Below, in pieces: positions 9,520 to 18,330 of a stretch of 64,000 bases of DNA (positions within the stretch are counted from its first letter, which is position 1; the number at the start of each line of letters is the position of its first letter). This DNA is from Gemmatimonadota bacterium. Its GTDB lineage: Bacteria > Gemmatimonadota > Gemmatimonadetes > Gemmatimonadales > GWC2-71-9. The stretch is taken from the NCBI GenBank assembly GCA_041477065.1, contig JBGOUQ010000001.1, positions 77,258 to 141,257 of the forward strand, in the 5' to 3' direction. The notes under the pieces were generated by a model. It saw only the letters and a list, made by a program, of their open reading frames with translations. It was not told the origin of the DNA and did not search any database. The translations under genes and the position numbers were made by a program.

Positions 9520-10559
9520 CCGCCCAGCACCTTTCGCGCCGCCTCTTTCCCCGATCGCACGCACGCCGACACGCCGGGGCCATCGTGGCCCGCGCCGCAC
9601 AGGGCGATCGGCGGGAACGCCGCCAGCCGCTCGCGCACCGCGGCCAGCCGCTCCGCGTGCCCGCGGGCGTAGACGGGAATCCCCCGGGGCCAGCGGAACA
9701 TCCGCGCCCACAGGGGCTCACCAGAAATCTCGAGGATGCTCGCGAGCCGCGCGTGGGCGAGCGTCCGCGCCTCGCCCTCTCCCCAGGCGAGGAACACCCG
9801 CAGCAGGACGTGTCCGTCGGGCGCGCGGCCCGCGAACTTGTGCGACGCGTAGGTGCAGGCCCGGACCACTTCGTTCGCCTCCGGTGCGGTCAGAAAGCCC
9901 GTGCCGTCGAGCGGCGCGCCGACTTGCTCAGCCCGGTAAGCAAGGGACACCGACAGGCTCGGCAGGTAGGTGACTTCCTGGAGCGGACGCGCGGCCTCGG
10001 CGTCCAGTCCGAGCAACAGCCGAGCGGCGGCGGCCGGCGGCAAGGCGATCACCAGACCCTCCGCCTCGACGCCACAGCCACTCAGCCGGTAGCCGCGCGC
10101 CGTCCGCTGGGCGGCGGTCACGCCGGTCCGGTGTAGCGTCCCCGGGGTCAGCGCCGCGGCCAACGCATCGATGATGTCCGCCATTCCCGTCCGGAAAGTC
10201 TGGAAGCCCGCCTGCAGATCGGCGGCCTTCACGCCGAAGCCCAAGAGCTTGGCGGCCTCACCCTCGGCGAGCGGCGCGAGGACCTTCCCGTTCCACAAGT
10301 GAGAGCCTTTCGCGTCCTGGCCGAGGATGCGGTCGGCGATACCGAGATCCGCCGCCAGCCCCGCGAGCTCGTGATCTGAGGCCAACCAGCTGTCCGGGCC
10401 TCCCTCGACGATCCACCGACCGCCATCCGGCCGCTCGGTGACGATCACCCCCCCCGGCCGCCGCTCCTGCTCGAGCACCACGACGTCGGCGCCCGAGCGC
10501 TGCAGCTCCCATGCGGCCGTCAGCCCGGCGATTCCGGCACCCACAACCGCGATCGTCAT
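9516..10559 (-). CDS. hemY: Protoporphyrinogen/coproporphyrinogen III oxidase (HemY/CgoX type), short form
   Basis: Track ORF 9516..10610; ATG 10559 overlaps the hemH stop (ATGA). FAD fold [19 protein letters not shown]...[12 protein letters not shown]. At 347 aa it is shorter than typical HemY. Confidence 0.75.
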   Translation of the reverse strand: MTIAVVGAGIAGLTAAWELQRSGADVVVLEQERRPGGVIVTERPDGGRWIVEGGPDSWLASDHELAGLAADLGIADRILGQDAKGSHLWNGKVLAPLAEGEAAKLLGFGVKAADLQAGFQTFRTGMADIIDALAAALTPGTLHRTGVTAAQRTARGYRLSGCGVEAEGLVIALPPAAAARLLLGLDAEAARPLQEVTYLPSLSVSLAYRAEQVGAPLDGTGFLTAPEANEVVRACTYASHKFAGRAPDGHVLLRVFLAWGEGEARTLAHARLASILEISGEPLWARMFRWPRGIPVYARGHAERLAAVRERLAAFPPIALCGAGHDGPGVSACVRSGKEAARKVLGG

Positions 10560-11464
10560 CCCAGCCAGCCCCGCTCGGTGGCGGCCCGGCGGACCAGGTC
10601 GGCGAGGCACGCGATGAGAGCGGGATCGTCATTGAGGGACCGTGGCCGCTCGAGCCGCACGCCGAGCTCCCGGGCGAGCGCCTGGTAGGCGACGTCCACG
10701 TCGTGGAGGATTTCCACGTGGTCGCAGACGAAGCCGATCGGCGCGATGACGAAGTCGGTGTGGCCCTCGCCCGCCAGCCGCCGTAACACGTCACCCGCCT
10801 CGGGGCCGAGCCACGCTTCGCCCGAGGCGCTTGCGCTCTGGAACGCGAGCTCCCAGGCCGGCAGCCGCAGGCGCCCCGCCACCGCTGCTGCGCTGGCCCG
10901 CACCTGGTCGGGATAGGGATCTCCCTCGGCAAGGATGCGCTGCGGCAGGCTGTGCGCGGTAAAGAGGACCCGCACGCCGTTCGGGTCAGGAAAGCGCTGC
11001 AGTGTCTCGGCGAGGTGCTCCGCCGCCGCATCGAGGAACCGCGGATGATCTCCCCAGCTGCGCACGAGGGCGAGCTCGAGCCGGCCGCGCACGGCTTCGA
11101 GGACCTTCTTCTCATAGGCGCCGACCGACATGGTGGAGTAGTGCGGTGCCATGACGATGGCGACGAGGCGCCGATGGCGGTCGGCGACGATCCGTTCCAC
11201 CGTATCCGCGATGTAGGGGTGCCAGTGGCGCATCCCGGTGTACACGGGCACGCCGAGCTCGGCGGCCAGCGCGGCGCCCTGCGCTTGGGTGAGCGGCAGG
11301 ATCGGCGAGCTCCCGCCGATGAGCTCGTAGCGGTGGCGGATCTCCTCCACCAGCTCGCGGCTGGTGGGCCTTCCACTCCGCACGTCGAGGAGGTAGGGCT
11401 CGACGTCGGCGAGGTTGCCGGGGCCACCGTAGGCCATCAGCAGCACCGCGAGCGATTCAGCCAT
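10556..11464 (-). CDS. hemH: Ferrochelatase (probably coproporphyrin ferrochelatase)
   Basis: Track ORF 10556..11563; start at MAESLAVLLMAYGGPGNLADVEPYL. Motif LFTAHSLPQRIL. Overlaps the hemE 3' end by 8 nt. Confidence 0.9.
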   Translation of the reverse strand: MAESLAVLLMAYGGPGNLADVEPYLLDVRSGRPTSRELVEEIRHRYELIGGSSPILPLTQAQGAALAAELGVPVYTGMRHWHPYIADTVERIVADRHRRLVAIVMAPHYSTMSVGAYEKKVLEAVRGRLELALVRSWGDHPRFLDAAAEHLAETLQRFPDPNGVRVLFTAHSLPQRILAEGDPYPDQVRASAAAVAGRLRLPAWELAFQSASASGEAWLGPEAGDVLRRLAGEGHTDFVIAPIGFVCDHVEILHDVDVAYQALARELGVRLERPRSLNDDPALIACLADLVRRAATERGWLG

Positions 11465-12491
11465 CGTGCACCTGCTCCACGACGGCGCGCACGGCGTCCA
11501 CAGACGTCTCGGGCAGCACGCCGTGTCCCAAGTTGAAGATGAAGCCGGGGCGCCGTCCCGCACGCGTCAGCACATCTCGCACCTGCCGCTCGCGCTCGGC
11601 GGCGGGGGCGAGCAGCGCCGCGGGGTCGAGGTTCCCCTGCACCGCACGGTCCGGACCGAGGCGCTCGCGTGCCCGGTCGATGGGGATTCGCCAATCCACG
11701 CCGATGACGTCACCCCCCGCGGCCGCGAAGTCCTCGAGGAAGGCCCCGGTGCCCGTCCCGAAGTGAATGACGGGGACGCCGGCCTGCCCCGCGCGCGCGA
11801 GGGCCCGGCGGCTGTGCGGCTGCACGTAGCTGACGTAATCCTGGGGGGACAGGCAGCCGACCCAGCTGTCGAACAGCTGCAGCGCGCGCGCCCCGGCCGC
11901 CGCCTGCGCCGCCAGGTAGTCGCCGACGAACTGGGCCAGCCGGGAGAGCAGCGCGTGCCACGCCTCGGGCTCGGCGTACATGAAGCGCTTGGTGAGGGTG
12001 AACGTGCGCGTCGAGCCGCCTTCGATCGCGTAGCTCGCGAGGGTGAACGGCGCGCCGGCGAAGCCGATCAGCGGCACCTGCGCGGGCAGCGCGCGGGCCA
12101 CGAGTCGCACGGCCTCGAGCACGTAGGCGAGGCTCTCCACCGGGTCCGCGGCGGGCAGCCGCTCGACCGCTGCCGCGTCGCGAATCGGTCGGGCGATCTG
12201 GGGTCCCTCCCCCGCGGCGAAGGACAGTCCCAGGCCGAGCGGCTCGAAGGGCAGCAGGATGTCGGCGAAGAGAATGGCGGCGTCTACGCCGAGGCGCGTC
12301 ACCGGCTGCAGCGTCACCTCGGCCGCGAGCGCGGGATCGTGGCACAGCTCGAGAAGAGAATGCGTGGTCCGGAGCGCGCGGTATTCGGGCATGTAGCGGC
12401 CGGCCTGCCGCATGAACCAAACGGGCGTGACATCCACCGGCTCGCGCCGGCACGCCTGCAGGAAGCGGCCGGCGTCAGGAGCGGGGGGCAA
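11457..12491 (-). CDS. hemE: Uroporphyrinogen decarboxylase
   Basis: Signature PVWFMRQAGRYMPEYR near the N-terminus. Full-length UroD-like (344 aa). Confidence 0.95.
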   Translation of the reverse strand: MPPAPDAGRFLQACRREPVDVTPVWFMRQAGRYMPEYRALRTTHSLLELCHDPALAAEVTLQPVTRLGVDAAILFADILLPFEPLGLGLSFAAGEGPQIARPIRDAAAVERLPAADPVESLAYVLEAVRLVARALPAQVPLIGFAGAPFTLASYAIEGGSTRTFTLTKRFMYAEPEAWHALLSRLAQFVGDYLAAQAAAGARALQLFDSWVGCLSPQDYVSYVQPHSRRALARAGQAGVPVIHFGTGTGAFLEDFAAAGGDVIGVDWRIPIDRARERLGPDRAVQGNLDPAALLAPAAERERQVRDVLTRAGRRPGFIFNLGHGVLPETSVDAVRAVVEQVHDG

Positions 12492-13578
12492 CCGTCGGCT
12501 CGCGCGCCTCGACCGGAGGGGGAGCGATGAGGATCATGTCCCCTTCGACCTTCACGAGGAACGTCTGGACCGGCAGGCTGGGCGGGCCGGACAGCACCTG
12601 CCCCGTTTCGAGGGAAAACACGCCCTCGTGCCAGGGGCAGGTGACGGTGCACCGCGAGGCGTCCACCACGCCTTCCGAGAGACTGGCGCGGGCGTGGGAG
12701 CAGCGGTTGGCGATCGCGTAGATAGTGCCGCCGACGTTGAACAACGCCACGGCCTCCGCGGCGGCATACACCCGCTGGCTCGCGCCGGGCGGCAGGTCGG
12801 CGACGCCGCACACGGGCGTGAAGCCGTCCTCCCGAGCGGCGTGCCGAGCCACCGACCGCGTAGCACTCGCCCCACCCAGGGTGTCGAGCAGGTCCCACAG
12901 CGACATCTGCACGCAGGTCAAGGTGGGCGTGTCGCGCAGGGTGTACGAGGACGCCTCGCTCTCCCGCAGCTCCATCACGAGGTCGAGGAACTCGGCCGGA
13001 TTGTCCCCCTCGAACGCGACCACGAACTCCTGGTCGTCCAGGCCGTAGGAATAGGTCGTATTGAGCCGGATCGTCGGGTACTTGCGCCCCACGCTCACAT
13101 GCCCGTCCATCATGCGCTGGCGCTCGGCCTTGGGGAGCGAGTACCACGCGCGCGTCTTGATGAAGGGATAGACGAACAGGTACTTGGCGGCGCTGGGCCG
13201 GATCACGAGACGCTGCTCGTGCGCCGGATCGGCCGGGAACTCGTAGATCGAGCGCCGCGTCATCGCCAGGTAGCTGTACGGAATGGTCAGATAGGCGCCC
13301 AGGTCGGTGCGGTTGAGCGCCGTCTGCAGCTCCACCAGCGCATCCAGATCCTCGGCAACCTGCCACAGCAGGAAGTCGCAGTCCCCCCGGATGCCCACCA
13401 ACCCATAGGGCCGCAGCAACAGGCGCCCGCGGTAGCGCTCGATCGTTTCGCCGAATTCGGCTTTCGCCGCCGCCTGCCGCTCAGCTGGGAGCCGGCGCCA
13501 CGCGGGGTCCAGCTTGTAGAACGCGTAGCGGACGACTTGGCGACGCTCGGGGGGGGGCGTGGACGGAGGACGACTCAT
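12475..13578 (-). CDS. hemQ: Coproheme decarboxylase (HemQ/ChdC, chlorite-dismutase family) fused to a C-terminal Rieske-type [2Fe-2S] domain
   Basis: Track ORF 12475..13632; ATG 13578. Residues 1-~245 are Cld/HemQ-like (YAFYKLDPAWRRLP..., MMDGHVSVG). Residues ~253-352 carry CSH-x17-CPWH (NRCSHARASL...TVTCPWHEGVF). Confidence 0.8.
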   Translation of the reverse strand: MSRPPSTPPPERRQVVRYAFYKLDPAWRRLPAERQAAAKAEFGETIERYRGRLLLRPYGLVGIRGDCDFLLWQVAEDLDALVELQTALNRTDLGAYLTIPYSYLAMTRRSIYEFPADPAHEQRLVIRPSAAKYLFVYPFIKTRAWYSLPKAERQRMMDGHVSVGRKYPTIRLNTTYSYGLDDQEFVVAFEGDNPAEFLDLVMELRESEASSYTLRDTPTLTCVQMSLWDLLDTLGGASATRSVARHAAREDGFTPVCGVADLPPGASQRVYAAAEAVALFNVGGTIYAIANRCSHARASLSEGVVDASRCTVTCPWHEGVFSLETGQVLSGPPSLPVQTFLVKVEGDMILIAPPPVEAREPTVAPRS

Positions 13579-13582
13579 GGAC

Positions 13583-13700
13583 CGGAATCTAATGCGCAGT
13601 GCGGAATGGGGAATGCGGAATGGCGGCGGCAAGCACGAATCACATGGAAGGTTTCTGAGCCACCTCTCAATTCCGCATTCCGACTTCCGCGTTCCGCATT
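13583..13700. repeat. (GCGGAATG)n-type inverted repeat, locus B
   Basis: Left arm cggaatctaatgcgcagtgcggaatggggaatgcggaatg (13583-13622), ~46 nt spacer, right arm aattccgcattccgacttccgcgttccgcatt (13669-13700). Confidence 0.75.
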
Positions 13701-13870
13701 GCTTTCTCCTTCCGGTACATCCGCCACAGCCACACCGCGATCGTCGAGAATATCAGGACCGGCGTGAGGGCGATGAGCACGGCGCTCCAGAAGTACACCT
13801 TCGCTAAGTGGGCGTCGTCCCCGTGGAACACTAGGAGCAGCGCGGCGAGCGGCAGGGGGGCGAGCGTCAT
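13667..13870 (-). CDS. Small two-TM membrane protein (unknown; downstream of ctaB)
   Basis: Track ORF 13667..13984; ATG 13870 overlaps the upstream stop (ATGA). MTLAPLPLAALLLVF...VLIALTPVLIFSTIAVWLW. The last ~11 codons lie in repeat locus B. Confidence 0.4.
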   Translation of the reverse strand: MTLAPLPLAALLLVFHGDDAHLAKVYFWSAVLIALTPVLIFSTIAVWLWRMYRKEKAMRNAEVGMRN

Positions 13871-14055
13871 CGACCCAGAAAGCGCTTCAGGTTGCGCAGG
13901 TAATAGGCCAGCGCGAGGGTCAGCACCCCGAACGTGGCGGACAACGCCAGCGTGCCCGCGCCGCCATCCGCCCGCCAGCGCCATCCCGCCCAGAACGACA
14001 TCAGGGCGCAGAAGGCGATGGCCGTCGAGATCAGCAGCTTGTGGAAGGGGATCAC
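13867..14055 (-). CDS. Small two-TM membrane protein (unknown; downstream of ctaB)
   Basis: 62-aa ORF starting 4 nt after the ctaB stop, with two hydrophobic helices. Confidence 0.45.
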   Translation of the reverse strand: MIPFHKLLISTAIAFCALMSFWAGWRWRADGGAGTLALSATFGVLTLALAYYLRNLKRFLGR

Positions 14056-14059
14056 GGAG

Positions 14060-14989
14060 CTACGCCGACACCTTATCCAGCACCATCAGCGTGAACAGGG
14101 CCGGCAGATAGAGGATGGACACGAAGAAGACGCGCCAGGCGGCGCGCGGCGTCGCGGCCCGGAGCAGCGGCGTCCCGACCCCGGCGTAGACGATGCCGAG
14201 CGCCAGGGCGCCGAAGAAGTAGAGCGCTCCCGTCAGTCCCAGCAGCGAGGGTACCAGGCTGACCGGCAGCAGCGCCACGGCGTAGAGCAACATCATTCGC
14301 GCGGTGCGGGAGCCGTCCGCGTCCTCGACGCTCAGCATGGCGAGGCCGCCGCGGCGGTAATCCTCGCGGTAGATCCAGGCGAGGGCGAGGAAGTGCGGGA
14401 GCTGCCACAGGAACATGATCCAGAACAACGCGAGCACGACGACCCCTAGCTCCCCGCCCGCAGCGGTCCATCCGCCCACGATGGGGAGCGCGCCGGGCAC
14501 GGCGCCGATCAGCGTGTTGAGCGAGGTGCGGCGCTTGAGCGGCGTATAGAGGCCGACGTAGCTCACGAGCGTGAGTGCTGCGAGCCCCGCGGTGAGCAGG
14601 TTCACCAGCGCGGCGAGGTAGGCGACGCCGGCCAGCGATATCGCGCTCGCGAAAATTCCGGCGGCACGCGGCGTGAGCCGGCCCGAGGGGAGCGGCCGGC
14701 CGCGCGTGCGCAGCATCCGGGCGTCGACGTCGCGCTCGCCCAGCTGATTGAAGGCGTTGGTGCCGCCCGCCACGAGCGCGGTGCCGACGAGCGTGTGCAG
14801 CAGCAGCACGAGCCGCACGCCGTCCACCGAGCCGAGGTAGAACCCGGCAGCGGCGGTGAGCAGCACCAGCTGGGTGATGCGCGGCTTGGTCAACTCGAGA
14901 AAAGCTACCAGATGTGCTCCGTGATGACGGCCAGGATGAGGATCGCCGCCAGCGGCAGCGGGATGATGAACAGGATTCTCAGGTTCCAC
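14060..14989 (-). CDS. ctaB: Protohaem IX farnesyltransferase (haem O synthase)
   Basis: C-terminal part of track ORF 14060..15919. FLELTKPRITQLVL..., GTNAFNQLGERDVDARMLRTRGRPLPSG, WQLPHFLALAW. Start is uncertain: GTG 14989 is the nearest canonical start, and the only alternative is a CTG at 14911. Confidence 0.8.
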   Translation of the reverse strand: MEPENPVHHPAAAGGDPHPGRHHGAHLVAFLELTKPRITQLVLLTAAAGFYLGSVDGVRLVLLLHTLVGTALVAGGTNAFNQLGERDVDARMLRTRGRPLPSGRLTPRAAGIFASAISLAGVAYLAALVNLLTAGLAALTLVSYVGLYTPLKRRTSLNTLIGAVPGALPIVGGWTAAGGELGVVVLALFWIMFLWQLPHFLALAWIYREDYRRGGLAMLSVEDADGSRTARMMLLYAVALLPVSLVPSLLGLTGALYFFGALALGIVYAGVGTPLLRAATPRAAWRVFFVSILYLPALFTLMVLDKVSA

Positions 14990-15180
14990 TTCTCGAATTT
15001 CAAGTGCATGAAGTACATGGCGACGAGGAGCGCCTTCCAGATCGCCAGGAACATGAGCAGGACCAGCTTCAGGTTCCGGGAGATCGGCAGCTCGAAGGCG
15101 AGGCCGAGCTCCAGCGCCGTGAGGACGGCCAGGTAGACCCAGATGAGGATGTAGTTGGGATGCTTGTGGGCGGTGTCCAT
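14905..15180 (-). CDS. Cytochrome c oxidase subunit IV (prokaryotic COX4 type)
   Basis: 91 aa, three hydrophobic helices, N-terminal HKHPNYILIWVYLAVLTALE typical of bacterial subunit IV. Follows subunit III. Confidence 0.75.
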   Translation of the reverse strand: MDTAHKHPNYILIWVYLAVLTALELGLAFELPISRNLKLVLLMFLAIWKALLVAMYFMHLKFEKWNLRILFIIPLPLAAILILAVITEHIW

Positions 15181-15186
15181 GGGTCC

Positions 15187-15867
15187 TCAGATCAGGTAGA
15201 CGATCGTGAAGAGGATGATCCAGACCAGGTCCACGAAGTGCCAGTACAGCCCCACGACTTCGACGCCGGCGTGGTCGTCTTTCGTGTACTTCCCGGGCAG
15301 CACCCGGGTGATGTAGAGGTAGAGCATCGAGATCACGCCGCAGGTGACGTGAAACCCGTGGAAGCCCGTCATGGTGAAGAAGGTCGAGCCGTAGAGCCCC
15401 GCGATCGTCTGCCCGTAGACGATGGGATTGGCCGCCGCCAGCTCGGCCAGCTCGCTGCCGTCGCGGAATCCGCTGGGCAGGAAGCCGTGGCGGATCAGGT
15501 GCGTGTACTCGTAGACCTGCACGCCCACGAACGCCGCGCCGCCGAGGATGGTGAGGCCGAACCACATTCGCAGCCCCTTTTGATCGCCGTGGGAGATGGC
15601 GGCGTAGGCTTTCACCATCGAGACCGACGAGCAGATCAGCAGGAACGTATTGAAAGCGGTGACCGGAATGTTCAGCACCTTGCCGGGCAGCGCCCACTCT
15701 GCGGGCGCCCCGAAACGCAAGATTACGTACGACCCGATCAGCGCCGTGAAGAACATGATTTCCGACGCCAGGAATACCCACATCCCCAGCTTCTTGTTGT
15801 AGACGTCCACCCCGCGCTCGGCCGGGAACGGCGGGCGCATGGCGGAAACAACCGCGGCGTGCGTCAT
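15187..15867 (-). CDS. ctaE: Cytochrome c oxidase subunit III
   Basis: 226 aa polytopic protein with the subunit III-like C-terminus GLYWHFVDLVWIILFTIVYL. Confidence 0.9.
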   Translation of the reverse strand: MTHAAVVSAMRPPFPAERGVDVYNKKLGMWVFLASEIMFFTALIGSYVILRFGAPAEWALPGKVLNIPVTAFNTFLLICSSVSMVKAYAAISHGDQKGLRMWFGLTILGGAAFVGVQVYEYTHLIRHGFLPSGFRDGSELAELAAANPIVYGQTIAGLYGSTFFTMTGFHGFHVTCGVISMLYLYITRVLPGKYTKDDHAGVEVVGLYWHFVDLVWIILFTIVYLI

Positions 15868-15884
15868 GGTCGGTCCTTTCGGCG

Positions 15885-17651
15885 TCAGTCGCCCGCGGCC
15901 GGCGCCAGCACCGGCTCACGGTCGGTCGGGAGCTTGCGGGTCTGCGGCAGGTAGTCCTCCGCGACCTCGGGGGAGCTGAATTCGTAGGGCCCGCGGTATA
16001 CCGTCGGCGGCTTTTCCCAGTTGCCGTGCGGGGCGGGGTTGGGGAGCGTCCATTCCAATCCGTTGTCGTCCCAGGGATTGGCCGGGGCTTTCTTGCCGCG
16101 GAACAGGCTGCCCACGAAGTTCACGATGAAGATGATCTGCGTGGCGAACAACAGGAACGCGCTGATCGAAATGAACTGGTTCAGGGGCTGGTAGGGCTTT
16201 AGGAAGTCGTACTGCGTCGGGTCGTAGATCCGGCGCATCGCCCCCCCCATACCGAGGATGTGCATCGGGAAGAACGTGGCGTTATAGAACAGGAACGTGA
16301 GCCAGAAGTGGATCTTGCCCCAGCGCTCGCTCATCATCCGCCCGAACATCTTGGGATACCAATAGGTGAACGCGCCGAACAGCGCGAACAGGCTGCCGCC
16401 GAACAGCACGTAGTGGATGTGCGCGACGATGAAGTAGGTGTCGTGAATGAACATGTCGAGCGGCGTCGCGGCCATGTAGATGCCCGAGAGCCCGCCGATC
16501 ACGAACATCGAGACGAACCCCACCGCGTTCATCATGGGCACGTGGAAGCGCAGGTTGCCGCGCCACATCGTGCCCATCCAGTTGAACGTCTTGATCGCCG
16601 AGGGCACCGCGATCGCCAGCGTCGATACCATGAAAGTGGAGCCGAGCGTCGGGTTCATCCCGCTCACGAACATGTGGTGGCCCCACACGATCCAGCCGAG
16701 GAAGGCGATCGCGACGATCGCGAACACCATCGAGTGGTAGCCGAAGATCGGCTTGCGCGAGCCGTTGGAGATGATATCGGAGACCATCCCCATCGCGGGG
16801 AGGATGAGGATGTAGACCTCGGGGTGCCCGAAGAACCAGAACAAGTGCTGCCACAGCAGCGCCTGGCCGCCGGCGGCGGGATCGAAGAAGTGGGTGCCGA
16901 TGGTCTGGTCGAACAGCAGCATGATCCCCGCGCCCGACAGCACCGGCAGCGCGAGCAGGCCGAGGATAGCCGTGATGAACAGCGCCCAGACCGAGAGCGG
17001 CATCCGGAACCACGTCATCCCGGGCGCGCGGTTGTTGATGATGGTGGTGATGTAGTTCAGCGACCCGAGAATCGACGACAGGCCGAGCACCACGATTGAA
17101 AGGCACCACAGGATCTGGCCGGTGGAGACGCCCGAGTACTCCGCACTCGCCGACAGCGGGGCATACATCGTCCACCCGGCGCGCGAGGGGCCGTCCGGCA
17201 CGAAGAAACCGGCCAGCATGATCATGCCGGCCAAGAACGCCGCCCAGAACGACGCCATGTTGATGCGCGGGAAGGCCATGTCGTGGGCGCCGATCTTGAG
17301 CGGGATCAGGAAGTTGGCGTAGACCCCGACGAGCAGCGGCATGATGGCGAAGAACACCATGAACGTGCCGTGCATCGTCACCAGCTGGATGTAGTACTCG
17401 GGCAGGATCACCCCGCCCGGGGCCATCGTCTCGGGCAGGATCCCGCCGCCCGGCATCGGCCTGCCGGGAAAGCCCAGCTGCCAGCGGATCTGCATCGCGA
17501 GGATCCCACCCACCAGCAGGAAGAACAGGCTGACGAACAGGAACTGGATTCCGATGATCTTGTGATCGGTCGAGAAGATGTACTTGCGCCAGAAGCTCGT
17601 CGGCCCATGGCCGGCGTGCGGCATAGCATGCGGCGCGGCGGCGGTGGTCAT
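15885..17651 (-). CDS. ctaD: Cytochrome c oxidase subunit I (haem-copper oxidase, A-type)
   Basis: Track ORF 15885..17684; ATG 17651 overlaps the ctaC stop (ATGA). WFFGHPEVYILILPAMG, WGHHMFVSG, HDTYFIVAHIHYVLFGG. Confidence 0.95.
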   Translation of the reverse strand: MTTAAAPHAMPHAGHGPTSFWRKYIFSTDHKIIGIQFLFVSLFFLLVGGILAMQIRWQLGFPGRPMPGGGILPETMAPGGVILPEYYIQLVTMHGTFMVFFAIMPLLVGVYANFLIPLKIGAHDMAFPRINMASFWAAFLAGMIMLAGFFVPDGPSRAGWTMYAPLSASAEYSGVSTGQILWCLSIVVLGLSSILGSLNYITTIINNRAPGMTWFRMPLSVWALFITAILGLLALPVLSGAGIMLLFDQTIGTHFFDPAAGGQALLWQHLFWFFGHPEVYILILPAMGMVSDIISNGSRKPIFGYHSMVFAIVAIAFLGWIVWGHHMFVSGMNPTLGSTFMVSTLAIAVPSAIKTFNWMGTMWRGNLRFHVPMMNAVGFVSMFVIGGLSGIYMAATPLDMFIHDTYFIVAHIHYVLFGGSLFALFGAFTYWYPKMFGRMMSERWGKIHFWLTFLFYNATFFPMHILGMGGAMRRIYDPTQYDFLKPYQPLNQFISISAFLLFATQIIFIVNFVGSLFRGKKAPANPWDDNGLEWTLPNPAPHGNWEKPPTVYRGPYEFSSPEVAEDYLPQTRKLPTDREPVLAPAAGD

Positions 17652-18319
17652 GAGCCGGCTCCCTCCTGGGTGGCCTTCATCCACGCGTCAAAGTCCGCTT
17701 GCGTGTGCACGGTGACTCGCGCCCGCATCTTGTAGTGCCCCATCCCGCACAGCTGCGAGCAGCCGAGCTCGAAGTCACCCGTCACCGTCGCCTGGAACCA
17801 GGCTTTGATGTCCATGCCCGGCACCACGTCCTGGCGCACGCGCAGCTGCGGCACGAAGAAGGAGTGGATCACGTCTTCGGACGACAGGTGGACCTCGATC
17901 GGCCGCCCGACGGGGACGTGCAGCTGGTTGCGCACCGTGAAATCGTCGGCGGTGCCGAGCTTGCCGTCCGCCCCCGGGTAGGTGATCCGCCACTCGAACT
18001 GCTTCGCGTGAATCCCGATCGGGTACGCGTTCGGCGGCACGCTGTTGCGGCCTTTGATCTGCACCCAGTAGTGGTTGCTGAACAGCCCGAGCACCACCAC
18101 GGTCACCGCCGGGATCGTCGTCCAGATCACTTCGGCGCGGTTGTTCCCATGCGTGTAGTAGGCTTTCCGGCCAGGGCGCTGGCGATACCGGAAGATGAAC
18201 CAGATCAATCCGGCCTCGACCACGACGAAGGCGATCCCGGTGATGATCAGAATCGCGACGAACAACCCGTCGATAGGCTTGGCGAACGTCGACGCCTGTA
18301 GCGGCAGCCACCAGTGCAT
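17648..18319 (-). CDS. ctaC: Cytochrome c oxidase subunit II (CuA; no fused cytochrome c domain)
   Basis: C-terminal 223 aa of track ORF 17648..18889; ATG 18319. Two TM helices, then VIHSFFVPQLRVRQD and the CuA motif CSQLCGMGHYKM. Confidence 0.9.
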   Translation of the reverse strand: MHWWLPLQASTFAKPIDGLFVAILIITGIAFVVVEAGLIWFIFRYRQRPGRKAYYTHGNNRAEVIWTTIPAVTVVVLGLFSNHYWVQIKGRNSVPPNAYPIGIHAKQFEWRITYPGADGKLGTADDFTVRNQLHVPVGRPIEVHLSSEDVIHSFFVPQLRVRQDVVPGMDIKAWFQATVTGDFELGCSQLCGMGHYKMRARVTVHTQADFDAWMKATQEGAGS

Positions 18320-18330
18320 CGCGGTCTCCC

